This document shows, piece after piece, positions 9,210 through 17,580 of a DNA stretch of 32,000 nt. Location of the stretch: NCBI RefSeq assembly GCF_000016745.1, contig NC_009483.1:1740001-1772000 (forward strand), written 5' to 3'. Position 1 is the first letter of the stretch. Every line of letters begins with the position of its first letter. The DNA is from Geotalea uraniireducens Rf4 (GTDB taxonomy: Bacteria > Desulfobacterota > Desulfuromonadia > Geobacterales > Geobacteraceae). The translations under genes were made by a program, and so were the position numbers. The notes under the pieces were generated by a model that saw only the letters and a list, made by a program, of their open reading frames with translations, was not told where the DNA came from and made no database searches.

Positions 9210-10544
9210 TTACTTGCCGAGCTTCAACTGCGACATCAGGTCGACACCCTTCAACAGGTCGAGGGCGCGGGAGAGCTGGTAATCATTTTTACCCGTTTCA
9301 TCGGGTTTGGTGACAGGATGCAGTTCTTTTTTCTGCTCTTTTGCCGGCTCCTTGCCAGGCGTTTCAAAGTGGTTCTCCAGGTCCTTCTCCCTGATCTCCT
9401 TGTCCTTCTTCGGTTCACTCACCTTGGGTTTCATGGCGCTGACGACAATATCCGGGGTGATCCCCTTTGCCTGGATGGAGCGGCCATTGGGGGTGTAATA
9501 CTTTGCCGTGGTCAGCTTGAGGCCATCGCCGCCTCTCAAGGGAAGAATGTTTTGCACCGAGCCTTTGCCGAAACTCTGGGTTCCCATGATGATGGCCCTT
9601 TTGTGGTCCTGGAGGGCGCCGGCGACTATTTCCGAGGCGCTGGCGCTGCCGCCGTTGATCAGCACGACAATCGGGTAGTGGGGCTCTTTTTCCCCGACGA
9701 AGGCGGTCCAGCTCTTCTTTGCAGACGGTTCGCGTCCTTCTGTGTAGACGATGAGCCCGTTACTGAGTCCTTCGCCGATGAAACGGTCAGCCACGCTGAA
9801 GGCCTGGTCCACGAGCCCGCCGGGATTATAGCGCAGGTCGAGGACTAACCCGTGCAGGTTGCCGCCGTTTTCAGCCCTCAGCTTCTTGAGTGCGTTGGCA
9901 AAATCTTCTCCGGTCCTGGCCTGGAATTCGGCAATGCCGATATAGCCGTAACCTGGCTCCAGGGTCCTGGCTTTGAGGCTCTTGGTCTTGATGATATCCC
10001 GAATCAGAGGGAAGGTCAGGGGCGTTGACGATCCGTTCCGCAGAATGGTGAGCGTCACTTTCGTTCCCTTTTCGCCACGCATAAGGCTGACGGCCTTGGA
10101 GATGTTCATTTCTTTGGTGAATTTGTCGTCGATCTTCAAGATATGGTCGCCCGGTTTGATGCCGGCTTTGAAGGCCGGTGTATCGTCGATGGGGGAAACG
10201 ACCGTCAGCTTGCCGTCGACGATATTGATCTCGATCCCCAACCCTCCGAAAGAGCCGGACATGTGGACCTGCATCTCCTTGAAGGAGTCTGCGGCCATGA
10301 ATTCGCTGTGGGGGTCGAGGGATGCTAGCATGCCTTTTACCGCACTCTGCATCAGCTTTTTGCTGTCGACCTCCTCCACGTAGTTACTTTTTACCAGGGT
10401 AATCACTTCCTTGAGCAAGCGGATATAGTCCTGGTCATCCTTGCGCATGACGTTGTTCCTGGTGTAAAGAGCCGCAAAGATCGACAATGACAGCAGGATG
10501 ACAATGACTGCAAGCGTGAGGATGGTCTTTTTAGTGATGCTCAT
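9210..10544 (-). CDS. ctpA: Carboxy-terminal processing protease (S41 family, PDZ domain)
   Basis: I moved the start to the ATG at 10544 (MSITKKTILTLAVIVILL, an N-terminal TM/signal anchor), which follows a GGAGG SD. It has a PDZ region (GIKPGDHILKIDD), the catalytic Ser region GGSASASEIVAGAL and the Lys region FGKGSVQ. There is an 8-nt gap to miaA. Confidence 0.9.
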   Translation of the reverse strand: MSITKKTILTLAVIVILLSLSIFAALYTRNNVMRKDDQDYIRLLKEVITLVKSNYVEEVDSKKLMQSAVKGMLASLDPHSEFMAADSFKEMQVHMSGSFGGLGIEINIVDGKLTVVSPIDDTPAFKAGIKPGDHILKIDDKFTKEMNISKAVSLMRGEKGTKVTLTILRNGSSTPLTFPLIRDIIKTKSLKARTLEPGYGYIGIAEFQARTGEDFANALKKLRAENGGNLHGLVLDLRYNPGGLVDQAFSVADRFIGEGLSNGLIVYTEGREPSAKKSWTAFVGEKEPHYPIVVLINGGSASASEIVAGALQDHKRAIIMGTQSFGKGSVQNILPLRGGDGLKLTTAKYYTPNGRSIQAKGITPDIVVSAMKPKVSEPKKDKEIREKDLENHFETPGKEPAKEQKKELHPVTKPDETGKNDYQLSRALDLLKGVDLMSQLKLGK

Positions 10545-10780
10545 CGGGGAGCGCCTCCGAAATGTGGGAATAAAAGGATGTTGCCTTATGCAACGGGGGA
10601 ATGGAATGGTTCTCAACCGTGCGTTTCTTACTGTAAATTTAGGCCGTCGAATTGTCAACTTCAAACCGGCGTCTGGTCCTGAATGTAGTTTCACACTCTT
10701 TTTACTCAACTGTCACATAACTGCGAGGTTACAGCGGTATCATCTCGAAAAGGAAAAAATAATGTCAAAGGAGACGAGCA

Positions 10781-11053
10781 ATGAAATTAACGCTGATGGG
10801 TGACTACTACGTCTGGTATTGCGAATGGTGCGATTCGCGGAATCTCACGTTATGGACGAGAATCGATGCGGAAAAGGTGTCGTGCGGCTGTTGTCACAGG
10901 GAGTTTGCCGTATCCGAGCAGCCAGCGGCTGAAAGGAAAGCCGGGCTCTCAAGCCTGTTTCAGGAGAATTTCCACCAGGTAAATCAGGATCTCGATCACA
11001 ATCAGGATAATGATGATCCATTCCAGGCGGGCGGCCCTCTTGTCATGGCTTAA
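10781..11053 (+). CDS. Small zinc-ribbon-like protein (two CxxC pairs)
   Basis: An AGGAGA SD lies 7 nt before the ATG. The N-terminal 45 aa carry CEWC...CGCC. The C-terminal 35 aa overlap the convergent gene by 105 nt and look low-complexity, so the true 3' end is uncertain. Confidence 0.45.
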   Translation: MKLTLMGDYYVWYCEWCDSRNLTLWTRIDAEKVSCGCCHREFAVSEQPAAERKAGLSSLFQENFHQVNQDLDHNQDNDDPFQAGGPLVMA

Positions 11054-11779
11054 GCTGGTAAAGACCTCCGTTATGTCCATGAGAGTCTCTGCTTTGTGCT
11101 TGATTTCATTGTAGCGCTGGTTCAGTTCGAACAGGTTGGCCATGGTCAGGTACAGCCGGTCGGCTTCGATGTTCTCCCAGGTTATTTCAGGCTTGTCCAA
11201 CACCATGATGTGGGCGATGGATCGATATTTGAAATTGAGAATGGATGACGCCAGCTTGGCAAGCTTCCGGTCGGTGAGGTTCAACCTCCCCTGATCCAGG
11301 AGGGTGATGAGTCCTTCCACCTCGTCGAGCACCAGGTCAAGCTGTTCTTCGATCCGTTCCAGCGCCACCGATTTGGCGATGACAAAGCAGATAATGCCGA
11401 TAAAAGCAACGTCATAGGCCGGCATTACCGCGTAGTCATTGGTAATGGCGGGTTTTGTCCCACCATCGATGCGCAGCGAGTAGTCGTCACGGTATTTCAG
11501 TTTCGGGAAATCTCTGAATTCGTCGGCAGCCTTTGTCATGGCCGCGGAAAAGGTGCGAATCTCATCGACAGAACAGTTCAGAAAAACCACACCGCCAAAA
11601 TAATAAAGATAAACCTGTTTCCGTTCGCTCCGCTCCATCGAAAGAAGTCTCAACCCCTCCGGATCGAGAACCATCGGCTCTTCCCAGCGAAATTTCCTGG
11701 TAATGCCAAGGGATGCGGCAAGCCGGTTCAGATCCAGTTCCCCACCCAGCGCGTATGCGGCAAATTCGTGTCGTTCCAT
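10949..11779 (-). CDS. RMD1/DUF155-family protein with C-terminal TM helix
   Basis: 276 aa. It has a VYLYYFGGVVFLNCSVDE segment typical of DUF155 and a single C-terminal hydrophobic helix (EWIIIILIVIEILIYLVEILL). Confidence 0.65.
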   Translation of the reverse strand: MERHEFAAYALGGELDLNRLAASLGITRKFRWEEPMVLDPEGLRLLSMERSERKQVYLYYFGGVVFLNCSVDEIRTFSAAMTKAADEFRDFPKLKYRDDYSLRIDGGTKPAITNDYAVMPAYDVAFIGIICFVIAKSVALERIEEQLDLVLDEVEGLITLLDQGRLNLTDRKLAKLASSILNFKYRSIAHIMVLDKPEITWENIEADRLYLTMANLFELNQRYNEIKHKAETLMDITEVFTSLSHDKRAARLEWIIIILIVIEILIYLVEILLKQA

Positions 11780-11893
11780 GTCTCGGCTCCTTTTTTAATC
11801 ATATCCCATTCGCACAGTCGATGCAAAGTTAACGAGCCGGTTTTGATTTACATCAAGGGCTATATTTATTGACTTCGGTAAGCTGCTTTATGG

Positions 11894-12220
11894 ATGGAGG
11901 GGAATAGAGTGGGTGATATGGTCCTGGAAAAACGGAAGGAGAAAAAACGGACAGGATTTAAGAAGCTTGCCGTCAGAGCGGGAATCGGCATCGGCGCCAT
12001 TGCCAATGTCTGCTACCTGTATGCGAACCATGCCCGTCAGGGAATTCAGGGGGGCATGTCGCCCCCCGACCCGGTCTGGGCGCAGTTTGTCAACGTGGCG
12101 CTGATCTTCTTTGCAGCCATCTATACGGCAAATTTGCTTGGTAAGGGTCTTGAGCGGGTGCTGCCGGCCGGCAGAAAAGTTGAAAAGTCTGATAAGAGAA
12201 GCGAAATTTCCCGGCGATAG
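11894..12220 (+). CDS. Small hypothetical membrane protein
   Basis: There are two hydrophobic stretches (AGIGIGAIANVCYLY, VNVALIFFAAIYTANLL) and a basic N-terminus. A GGAGGGG SD precedes the in-frame GTG at 11909, so the start may be 11909 or 11918. The competing antisense ORF 11888..12232 looks less protein-like. Confidence 0.4.
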   Translation: MEGNRVGDMVLEKRKEKKRTGFKKLAVRAGIGIGAIANVCYLYANHARQGIQGGMSPPDPVWAQFVNVALIFFAAIYTANLLGKGLERVLPAGRKVEKSDKRSEISRR

Positions 12221-12247
12221 GAAGGGACGCACAAGTCCGTGTTATGG

Positions 12248-12427
12248 CTAGGCGCAATCTTCCCGCCAGAGACAGTTTCCCTGTCCACACTCCATGGCCT
12301 TGCCGCTGGCAAAGCATTCTTCATTCCCTTCCGTGTTCTGGATTGTTTTGATGAGCTCGGTTTTTTTCATTTTTCCGGTCTTGATTCCATGTTGCTTCGC
12401 GATTTCCTTGATGTCTTCCACTTTCAT
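12248..12427 (-). CDS. Small SAP / Rho_N-domain protein with C-terminal Cys cluster (59 aa, absent from ORF track)
   Basis: Hand translation gives MKVEDIKEIAKQHGIKTGKMKKTELIKTIQNTEGNEECFASGKAMECGQGNCLWREDCA. A GGAGGAAATC SD sits directly upstream of the ATG. The helix-extended-helix KTGKMKKTELI is typical of the Rho N-terminal/SAP motif. Confidence 0.7.
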   Translation of the reverse strand: MKVEDIKEIAKQHGIKTGKMKKTELIKTIQNTEGNEECFASGKAMECGQGNCLWREDCA

Positions 12428-12860
12428 GATTTCCTCCGGCAGATTGATGTCCGTATTTTTTTGTCACAGCAGTTTCTAATTTTATCAGGAAGATTATCAG
12501 TCGCAACCTTGCAAGGGCGATTTCCTCCAAAATAATTCGTTCTGCTCACTAAACCGGCACAGCCGGAACCAAAAAATTTTATTTCACGCACCAAAAGTAG
12601 GCGCTTTTAAGCGACGACGCAGCGACGCAACGAAAGGCTTTTAAATAAATTATTGGTTCATGGTTTTAAAACGTCGCGTGAGTCATGTCTTGCTTTAACA
12701 TTTTGCTCACATATTGTAACGACTCAAGTAGGACCCAAAGGGCCTAAAGGGCGGCGCTTGCTCCGGCCAATCGTCACACAGCATTAACACGATCACAACG
12801 CCCATTTAACAATGTTTTTGTAACATAGCTACAAATAGTCGTTCCCCTTTAAAAAATACG

Positions 12861-15338
12861 ATGGAGGAACCCTTGCATCATAACCATAGCCAATTCCCGG
12901 GACGACATAACTCTGTTGCCGGGGAAGAGGCGGAATTACCGGCCGCCATTCTTGCCCGCCTTGGTATACATCAGGGCCTCTCCCACGATCTCCTCGAATC
13001 ATTGCCGTTTTCGTCCCATGACACAACAGCCGGTTCCGAAACCGAATTGCAGGCGGTGGTAGCCGGCTGGCGACATGATGTGGACCTGCCGCTCGTCATC
13101 GAACAATCCAACTATTACGCCAACATTCTCAAACGGGCGGCTGCCGGTGAAACACCGAGACGTCTGGCCGGCGACCTGGAACGCTTTATCAGCGACAACA
13201 GGGAGAGGGTCTGGGAAAACAGCTGGGTGAGGTTTCCGCGCCGGGTCCTTTCACCCTATGCCGGCCGGGTGTTCGACGCTGATCTCCTGGCTGACAAGGG
13301 GAATCCGGGCGGCGGAAGACGCAGTGATGCGCCTCGTTTCATCTTTCACGATAATGAGGGGGAGGAGTATCTCCGTGTACCGATCAGCTACCTGATCAAG
13401 CTGGCCCTGGCTGACCTGCTCGGCTCGCAGCATGATCTGCCCGGGGCGGTGCAACTGACCGGCCGGCGGCTTATGAACCACTACCTCAACGACAACACGT
13501 CGCCGGAGACATTCTCGTTTTATGTGGTGCCGCTCCGCCCCGAAACCGGCATGGGGCGGGAAATAGCCCGCGAGACGGCCAAGCGCTTTCTCGTGACCCA
13601 GCTGCTGGTCATGTACGCAAACGAAAGCTTCGAACTCACGGCGCGCGGGCAGAGGGCGATGATTTACTTCGCCCCCCATCCACCACTCAGGCAGAAAGAG
13701 CTCAACGACATCGTCTCCGATGCCTTCTATCGGGAGCTGTTCATGAGCCCGTGCTTGTCAGGCTGGCAGAAGGGAGAAGAAAAGTACCGCTACATGCAGC
13801 TTTGCCACCAGGTTCTCTCCCGCAGCCAATTGAATGGCGTGGCAAAATTGCGGGAAGCGGGGATCATCACCAACAACCTGGTGGTGTTGCCATCCGTTTC
13901 AAATGTGAGCCTGGCCAACAACGGCACCCATCTGAGCCTCGGCAGCCGCATATTGAGCCGTGCCCTCAAAGATGAGGCATCTGGCTTCAACGCGACCCAC
14001 GAAAAGCATCTCGGCGACCTGACAATCAAGATGGTCGAGCATTTCCTGCCGCTCTTCGTCGGAACCTATAGTGCAGCGCCTTACCGGCTGGGCTATACGG
14101 ATTTCCATCCGGAGCGGGCGCTCGGATTCCTCGCCCATGAATTGGATTATACCCATTTGCGCATGATCTGGCGGCGCTGGAAGAAAAAAGCGAGCCTGTC
14201 GGTATTCGGCCGGCCGCTCACCCCCTTCGGCCCGAAGTGGCTCGACCGGATGCTGAGCGGCATGTTTGCGCTGAAGGGAGATTTTGTCCCCGATTTCCGC
14301 TTGGTGGATTACCTGGTATGTCTTCTCAGCACCGATCAGAGCCCGGCGCTGGATGGCACACCCGGCAATACCGACCGGCTGCGGAAGGACCTGGCCGATT
14401 TAGGGGTGTTCGACAGCCAGATGTCGGTCTATCTCCTCTATAAGCTGCGGGAATCCGCGACCATGGGGTTTTCCGGTTTCGAGGGACGTCATTACAGCCA
14501 GTTTGCCGACCTGGAGGAGGATCTGGGGCGGGCAGCCGACCTGCAAACCCTGCTTAACGCCCTGGCGTTCAAGTATATGGCGGACGGCAGGCTCAACCAC
14601 GCGTTGATCCCCGATGACCCGACGGTGGAGAGCGAGCGGCGGCAGATCTTTTTCGGTGCGGCTGTCGGCATCCCTACCTTTTATGTGCACCGGCAAAGCA
14701 ACAACCATTTCCTGAAGCGTATCCTGGCGCGTACCCGGAATATCCGTCAAAGCCGCCGCTATCCCAATTACCTGCGGGTCCAGAACCTGGAATACCGTCG
14801 GGCATTGATTCTGTTGCTGCAAGAGGACGCAGCTGACTTGATCGAGTCGCTCCGTCTCGGGGAGACCATCCGTGACCTGCAGGCGAGGATTGAGGCTCCC
14901 GACGAGTGTTCCACCATGGGGAAGCTGACCAGCGGCATTCTTGCCGAGGCCGGTGCAGCCGGCCCCATGGCCATGGGAGCCGGTGATTTCAACCGGGCTG
15001 CCGAACGATATTACCGGGAAACCTTGCGCAGGCGCCATATGGAAGAGGCATTCCATTTTCTGGAAGAAGATTTCCGGCGGCTTGACCGGCACCGGTCAAA
15101 TACGGAACTACCGGGGGTGGCAGCGCTTCGTGTTACGGCACGGGATCAATCCACGTCCGATTTCCTGAAGCTTGTGAAACGCGATGTGCTCAATGAATCC
15201 GCCTCGCTGGAGACCCTGCGAAAACTGACCAACCTGGTTTTGCTCTCCATTTATCACGACAGGGCCGATGCCGATGCCCTGCTGGAAGAAAGTCTACCCA
15301 ATGAAAACCATTCAGCACCAGTATATAGAGCGGGATAG
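12861..15338 (+). CDS. 825-aa protein of unknown function, with possible GCS2/YbdK-like carboxylate-amine ligase motifs
   Basis: This is a long uninterrupted ORF with no TM segment. The central motifs GTHLSLG (13923-13943) and HFLPLFVGTYSAAPYRLG (14040-14093) resemble the GQHVHVG / FVPHFIALSASSPY pair of YbdK-type ligases as I recall them. No SD precedes the ATG at 12861; a GGAGG inside codons 1-3 precedes the in-frame TTG at 12873. Confidence 0.8.
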   Translation: MEEPLHHNHSQFPGRHNSVAGEEAELPAAILARLGIHQGLSHDLLESLPFSSHDTTAGSETELQAVVAGWRHDVDLPLVIEQSNYYANILKRAAAGETPRRLAGDLERFISDNRERVWENSWVRFPRRVLSPYAGRVFDADLLADKGNPGGGRRSDAPRFIFHDNEGEEYLRVPISYLIKLALADLLGSQHDLPGAVQLTGRRLMNHYLNDNTSPETFSFYVVPLRPETGMGREIARETAKRFLVTQLLVMYANESFELTARGQRAMIYFAPHPPLRQKELNDIVSDAFYRELFMSPCLSGWQKGEEKYRYMQLCHQVLSRSQLNGVAKLREAGIITNNLVVLPSVSNVSLANNGTHLSLGSRILSRALKDEASGFNATHEKHLGDLTIKMVEHFLPLFVGTYSAAPYRLGYTDFHPERALGFLAHELDYTHLRMIWRRWKKKASLSVFGRPLTPFGPKWLDRMLSGMFALKGDFVPDFRLVDYLVCLLSTDQSPALDGTPGNTDRLRKDLADLGVFDSQMSVYLLYKLRESATMGFSGFEGRHYSQFADLEEDLGRAADLQTLLNALAFKYMADGRLNHALIPDDPTVESERRQIFFGAAVGIPTFYVHRQSNNHFLKRILARTRNIRQSRRYPNYLRVQNLEYRRALILLLQEDAADLIESLRLGETIRDLQARIEAPDECSTMGKLTSGILAEAGAAGPMAMGAGDFNRAAERYYRETLRRRHMEEAFHFLEEDFRRLDRHRSNTELPGVAALRVTARDQSTSDFLKLVKRDVLNESASLETLRKLTNLVLLSIYHDRADADALLEESLPNENHSAPVYRAG

Positions 15339-16317
15339 CGGTACGGTCCGTACCGAACGACTCTTCGGCGACCGACTCATCAGGTTCCTCTACAACAGCG
15401 TCAGGGAGAATGCCCCGCTGCTTTTCCGGGCGCTCACGAGTTCATGGAACTCCAGCCTGCTCGGATTCATGAACTACGATCTCTCTCTTGGCGGGCGAAT
15501 TGACCGAAACGGCAGCTTTTTAAGGGAATGCGGCGTCGATCTGACCGAGTGCCTGGACAGCCCGGAGTCTCTGAACACGCCACGCAAGGTGTTCGAACGC
15601 AAGATCCGTTACCGGGATTGCCGCCCCATGCCGGATGACCCCGACGCTGTTGTCTCGCCTGCCGATGCACGAGTGATTGTCGGCTCGTTTCGAGAGACTT
15701 CCGGCCTGTTCATCAAAGAGAAATTCTTTTCCTATGCCGAGTTTTTCGGCCATGACAAGCGGGAATGGCTGGAACGGTTCAGGGACGGCGACTTTGCGGT
15801 TTTCCGCCTGACTCCCGACAAGTATCACTACAACCATACCCCCGTCTCCGGTCAAGTTCTGGACATTTATGAACTGACCGGTGATTACCATTCATGCAAC
15901 CCGGCGGCAGTGGTGACGGTCGTCACCCCCTATTCGAAGAACAAGAGGGTGGTAACCGTCATTGACACCGATGTGCCGGGCGGAACCCGGGTCGGCCTGG
16001 TGGCCATGGTCGAGGTGGTGGCCCTGATGATCGGTGAAATCGTCCAGTGTTACAGCGATGACGAGTATCGGACGCCGCGGCCGGTTATGCCCGGTCTGTT
16101 TCTGTACAAAGGTTTTCCAAAGAGCCTCTACCGCCCCGGCAGCAGCACCGATGTGCTGATTTTTCAGAAAGAGCGGATCGAGTTTGCCGCCGACATCGTG
16201 CAAAATATGTCCCACCCCACTGCCGTGAGCCGTTTTTCCTCCGGTTTCGGCAGGCCTCTGGTGGAAACGGATGTCAGGGTTCGCTCCCTGATTGCCAAGG
16301 CAGTAAAAACACTATAA
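15301..16317 (+). CDS. psd: Phosphatidylserine decarboxylase-family pyruvoyl proenzyme
   Basis: I chose the ATG at 15301 (MKTIQHQYIERDSG); the track start is 15268. It has the PSD motifs RLTPDKYHYNHTPVSG and a self-cleavage-type GSST in YRPGSSTDVLIF. It overlaps the upstream ORF by 38 nt. Confidence 0.8.
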   Translation: MKTIQHQYIERDSGTVRTERLFGDRLIRFLYNSVRENAPLLFRALTSSWNSSLLGFMNYDLSLGGRIDRNGSFLRECGVDLTECLDSPESLNTPRKVFERKIRYRDCRPMPDDPDAVVSPADARVIVGSFRETSGLFIKEKFFSYAEFFGHDKREWLERFRDGDFAVFRLTPDKYHYNHTPVSGQVLDIYELTGDYHSCNPAAVVTVVTPYSKNKRVVTVIDTDVPGGTRVGLVAMVEVVALMIGEIVQCYSDDEYRTPRPVMPGLFLYKGFPKSLYRPGSSTDVLIFQKERIEFAADIVQNMSHPTAVSRFSSGFGRPLVETDVRVRSLIAKAVKTL

Positions 16318-16340
16318 CCACAAACTTCAGGAGCCGAACC

Positions 16341-17393
16341 ATGAATGAAGAGTTGTTTATTATTGTCCTGCTGGTCCTTTCCGTCCTGTTGTTTCGCTGG
16401 GGGGGGAAGACCCTGCCCGGTGAACGCTGGCAGATCTTTGCGACGGTTCCCGCTGACAGTCATGGAGATGGTCGTTGGGCCGGGATAAACTTTACCTGGT
16501 ACGGTTTGCTGACCGCAAACGCTTACGTGGTTGCAGTTGCCATGGTTTTAATCCTCTTGGGGGCCGTAGGAGTGCCCATATCCGGCATTCTTGTCATGGT
16601 TGCAGCCCTGCTGGTTTTCTGCGTGCCCGCTTCCAGGCTGGTAGCCTGGCTGGTGGAAAAGAAGGCGCACACCTTCACCGTCGGTGGGGCAGTTTTTGTC
16701 GGGATGCTGATCGCCCCGTGGGTCGTGGTGGCGACCAACCGTAGCGCGGGAGCATTCCTGGGCTACCATGTTCCGGTTATGGCGGCGCTGGCAGCCATTT
16801 CCATTGCCTATGCATTCGGCGAAGGACTGGGACGGCTGGCATGCATCAGTTTCGGTTGCTGTTACGGTAAACCGTTATCCGCTTGCCATCCCCTTCTGCA
16901 AAGGGTTTTCCGCCGCTACAGTGTCATCTTTACCGGCAAGACCAAGAAAATAGCCTATGCCGGCGGCATGGAGGGCGTGAAGGTGCTGCCGGTTCAGGCG
17001 CTCACGTACATCATCTATGTGGGAACGGGTCTGTTCGCCACCATGCTGTTTCTCAAAACACACTTTACCGGCGCATTCGTTGCGGCAACGACGGTAACCC
17101 AAGGGTGGCGCATACTGTCGGAACTGCTGCGCAACGATTACCGCGGCACAGGTAAAATATCCGCCTACCAGGTGATGGGAGGCATTGCAATCGTCTATGC
17201 CTGGGGCGTTGCCCTTGTATTCAAAGGCACGCCGGCGCCGGTCATGGATTTCACGGCAGGGATCGGCTCCCTCTGGAATCCACTCGTGATCATCACCCTT
17301 CAATTGCTTTGGTTCACCATCTTTCTCTACACCGGCCGCAGCATGGTAACCGGCGCGACTATTTCCTTTCATGTCCACCAGGACAGGATCTGA
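16341..17393 (+). CDS. Lgt-family (prolipoprotein diacylglyceryl transferase-like) polytopic membrane protein
   Basis: 350 aa with about 7 hydrophobic helices. By eye it is collinear with E. coli Lgt: WYGLL, GGAVFVG, GEGLGRLACISFGCCYGKP (versus GAGRLGNFINGELWGR), PVQALTYIIY, GWRILSELLRNDYRG (versus FRIIVEFFRQPD). The gap after the psd-like gene is 23 nt. Confidence 0.75.
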   Translation: MNEELFIIVLLVLSVLLFRWGGKTLPGERWQIFATVPADSHGDGRWAGINFTWYGLLTANAYVVAVAMVLILLGAVGVPISGILVMVAALLVFCVPASRLVAWLVEKKAHTFTVGGAVFVGMLIAPWVVVATNRSAGAFLGYHVPVMAALAAISIAYAFGEGLGRLACISFGCCYGKPLSACHPLLQRVFRRYSVIFTGKTKKIAYAGGMEGVKVLPVQALTYIIYVGTGLFATMLFLKTHFTGAFVAATTVTQGWRILSELLRNDYRGTGKISAYQVMGGIAIVYAWGVALVFKGTPAPVMDFTAGIGSLWNPLVIITLQLLWFTIFLYTGRSMVTGATISFHVHQDRI

Positions 17394-17446
17394 TCCCTAT
17401 TCGGTTCCGGCTTTGCCGGCTCAGGTCAATAGCCTACCTGAATAGC

Positions 17447-17580
17447 ACTAATCTTCCGCAGCAGTTACCCTCCCTTTGAGAAAGGGGGGCAAGGGGGGAT
17501 TTTCCCGGCTGCAATGAAAGGCAAATCCCCCTAAATCCCCCTTTCATAACGGGGGACTTGGTCTTTCGGAAGATTGGTAC
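17447..17580. repeat. Structured palindromic element between convergent genes (G/C-tract hairpins, flanking inverted repeat)
   Basis: The inverted repeat is AATCTTCCG (17450-17458) / CGGAAGATT (17567-17575). Internal hairpins are CCCTCCCTTTgagAAAGGGGGG (17468-17489), GGGGGGATTT...AAATCCCCC (with a duplicated AAATCCCCC) and TCCCCCtttcataacGGGGGA. The right end overlaps the pstS stop codon. Confidence 0.5.

Noticed and set aside
10545-10709. 55-aa N-terminal extension of the S41 protease ORF.
   Set aside because: The internal ATG at 10544 has a GGAGG SD and is followed directly by the signal-anchor helix. The extension is basic and low-complexity.
12428-12860. Riboswitch, sigma-54 promoter or small RNA in the 430-nt leader of the orphan operon.
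   Set aside because: I found no recognisable riboswitch core (for example GEMM, cobalamin or SAM) and no TGGCAC-N5-TTGC element. Only repeat-family fragments and a single TGTAACAT half-site are present. A regulatory RNA cannot be excluded without covariance-model scans.
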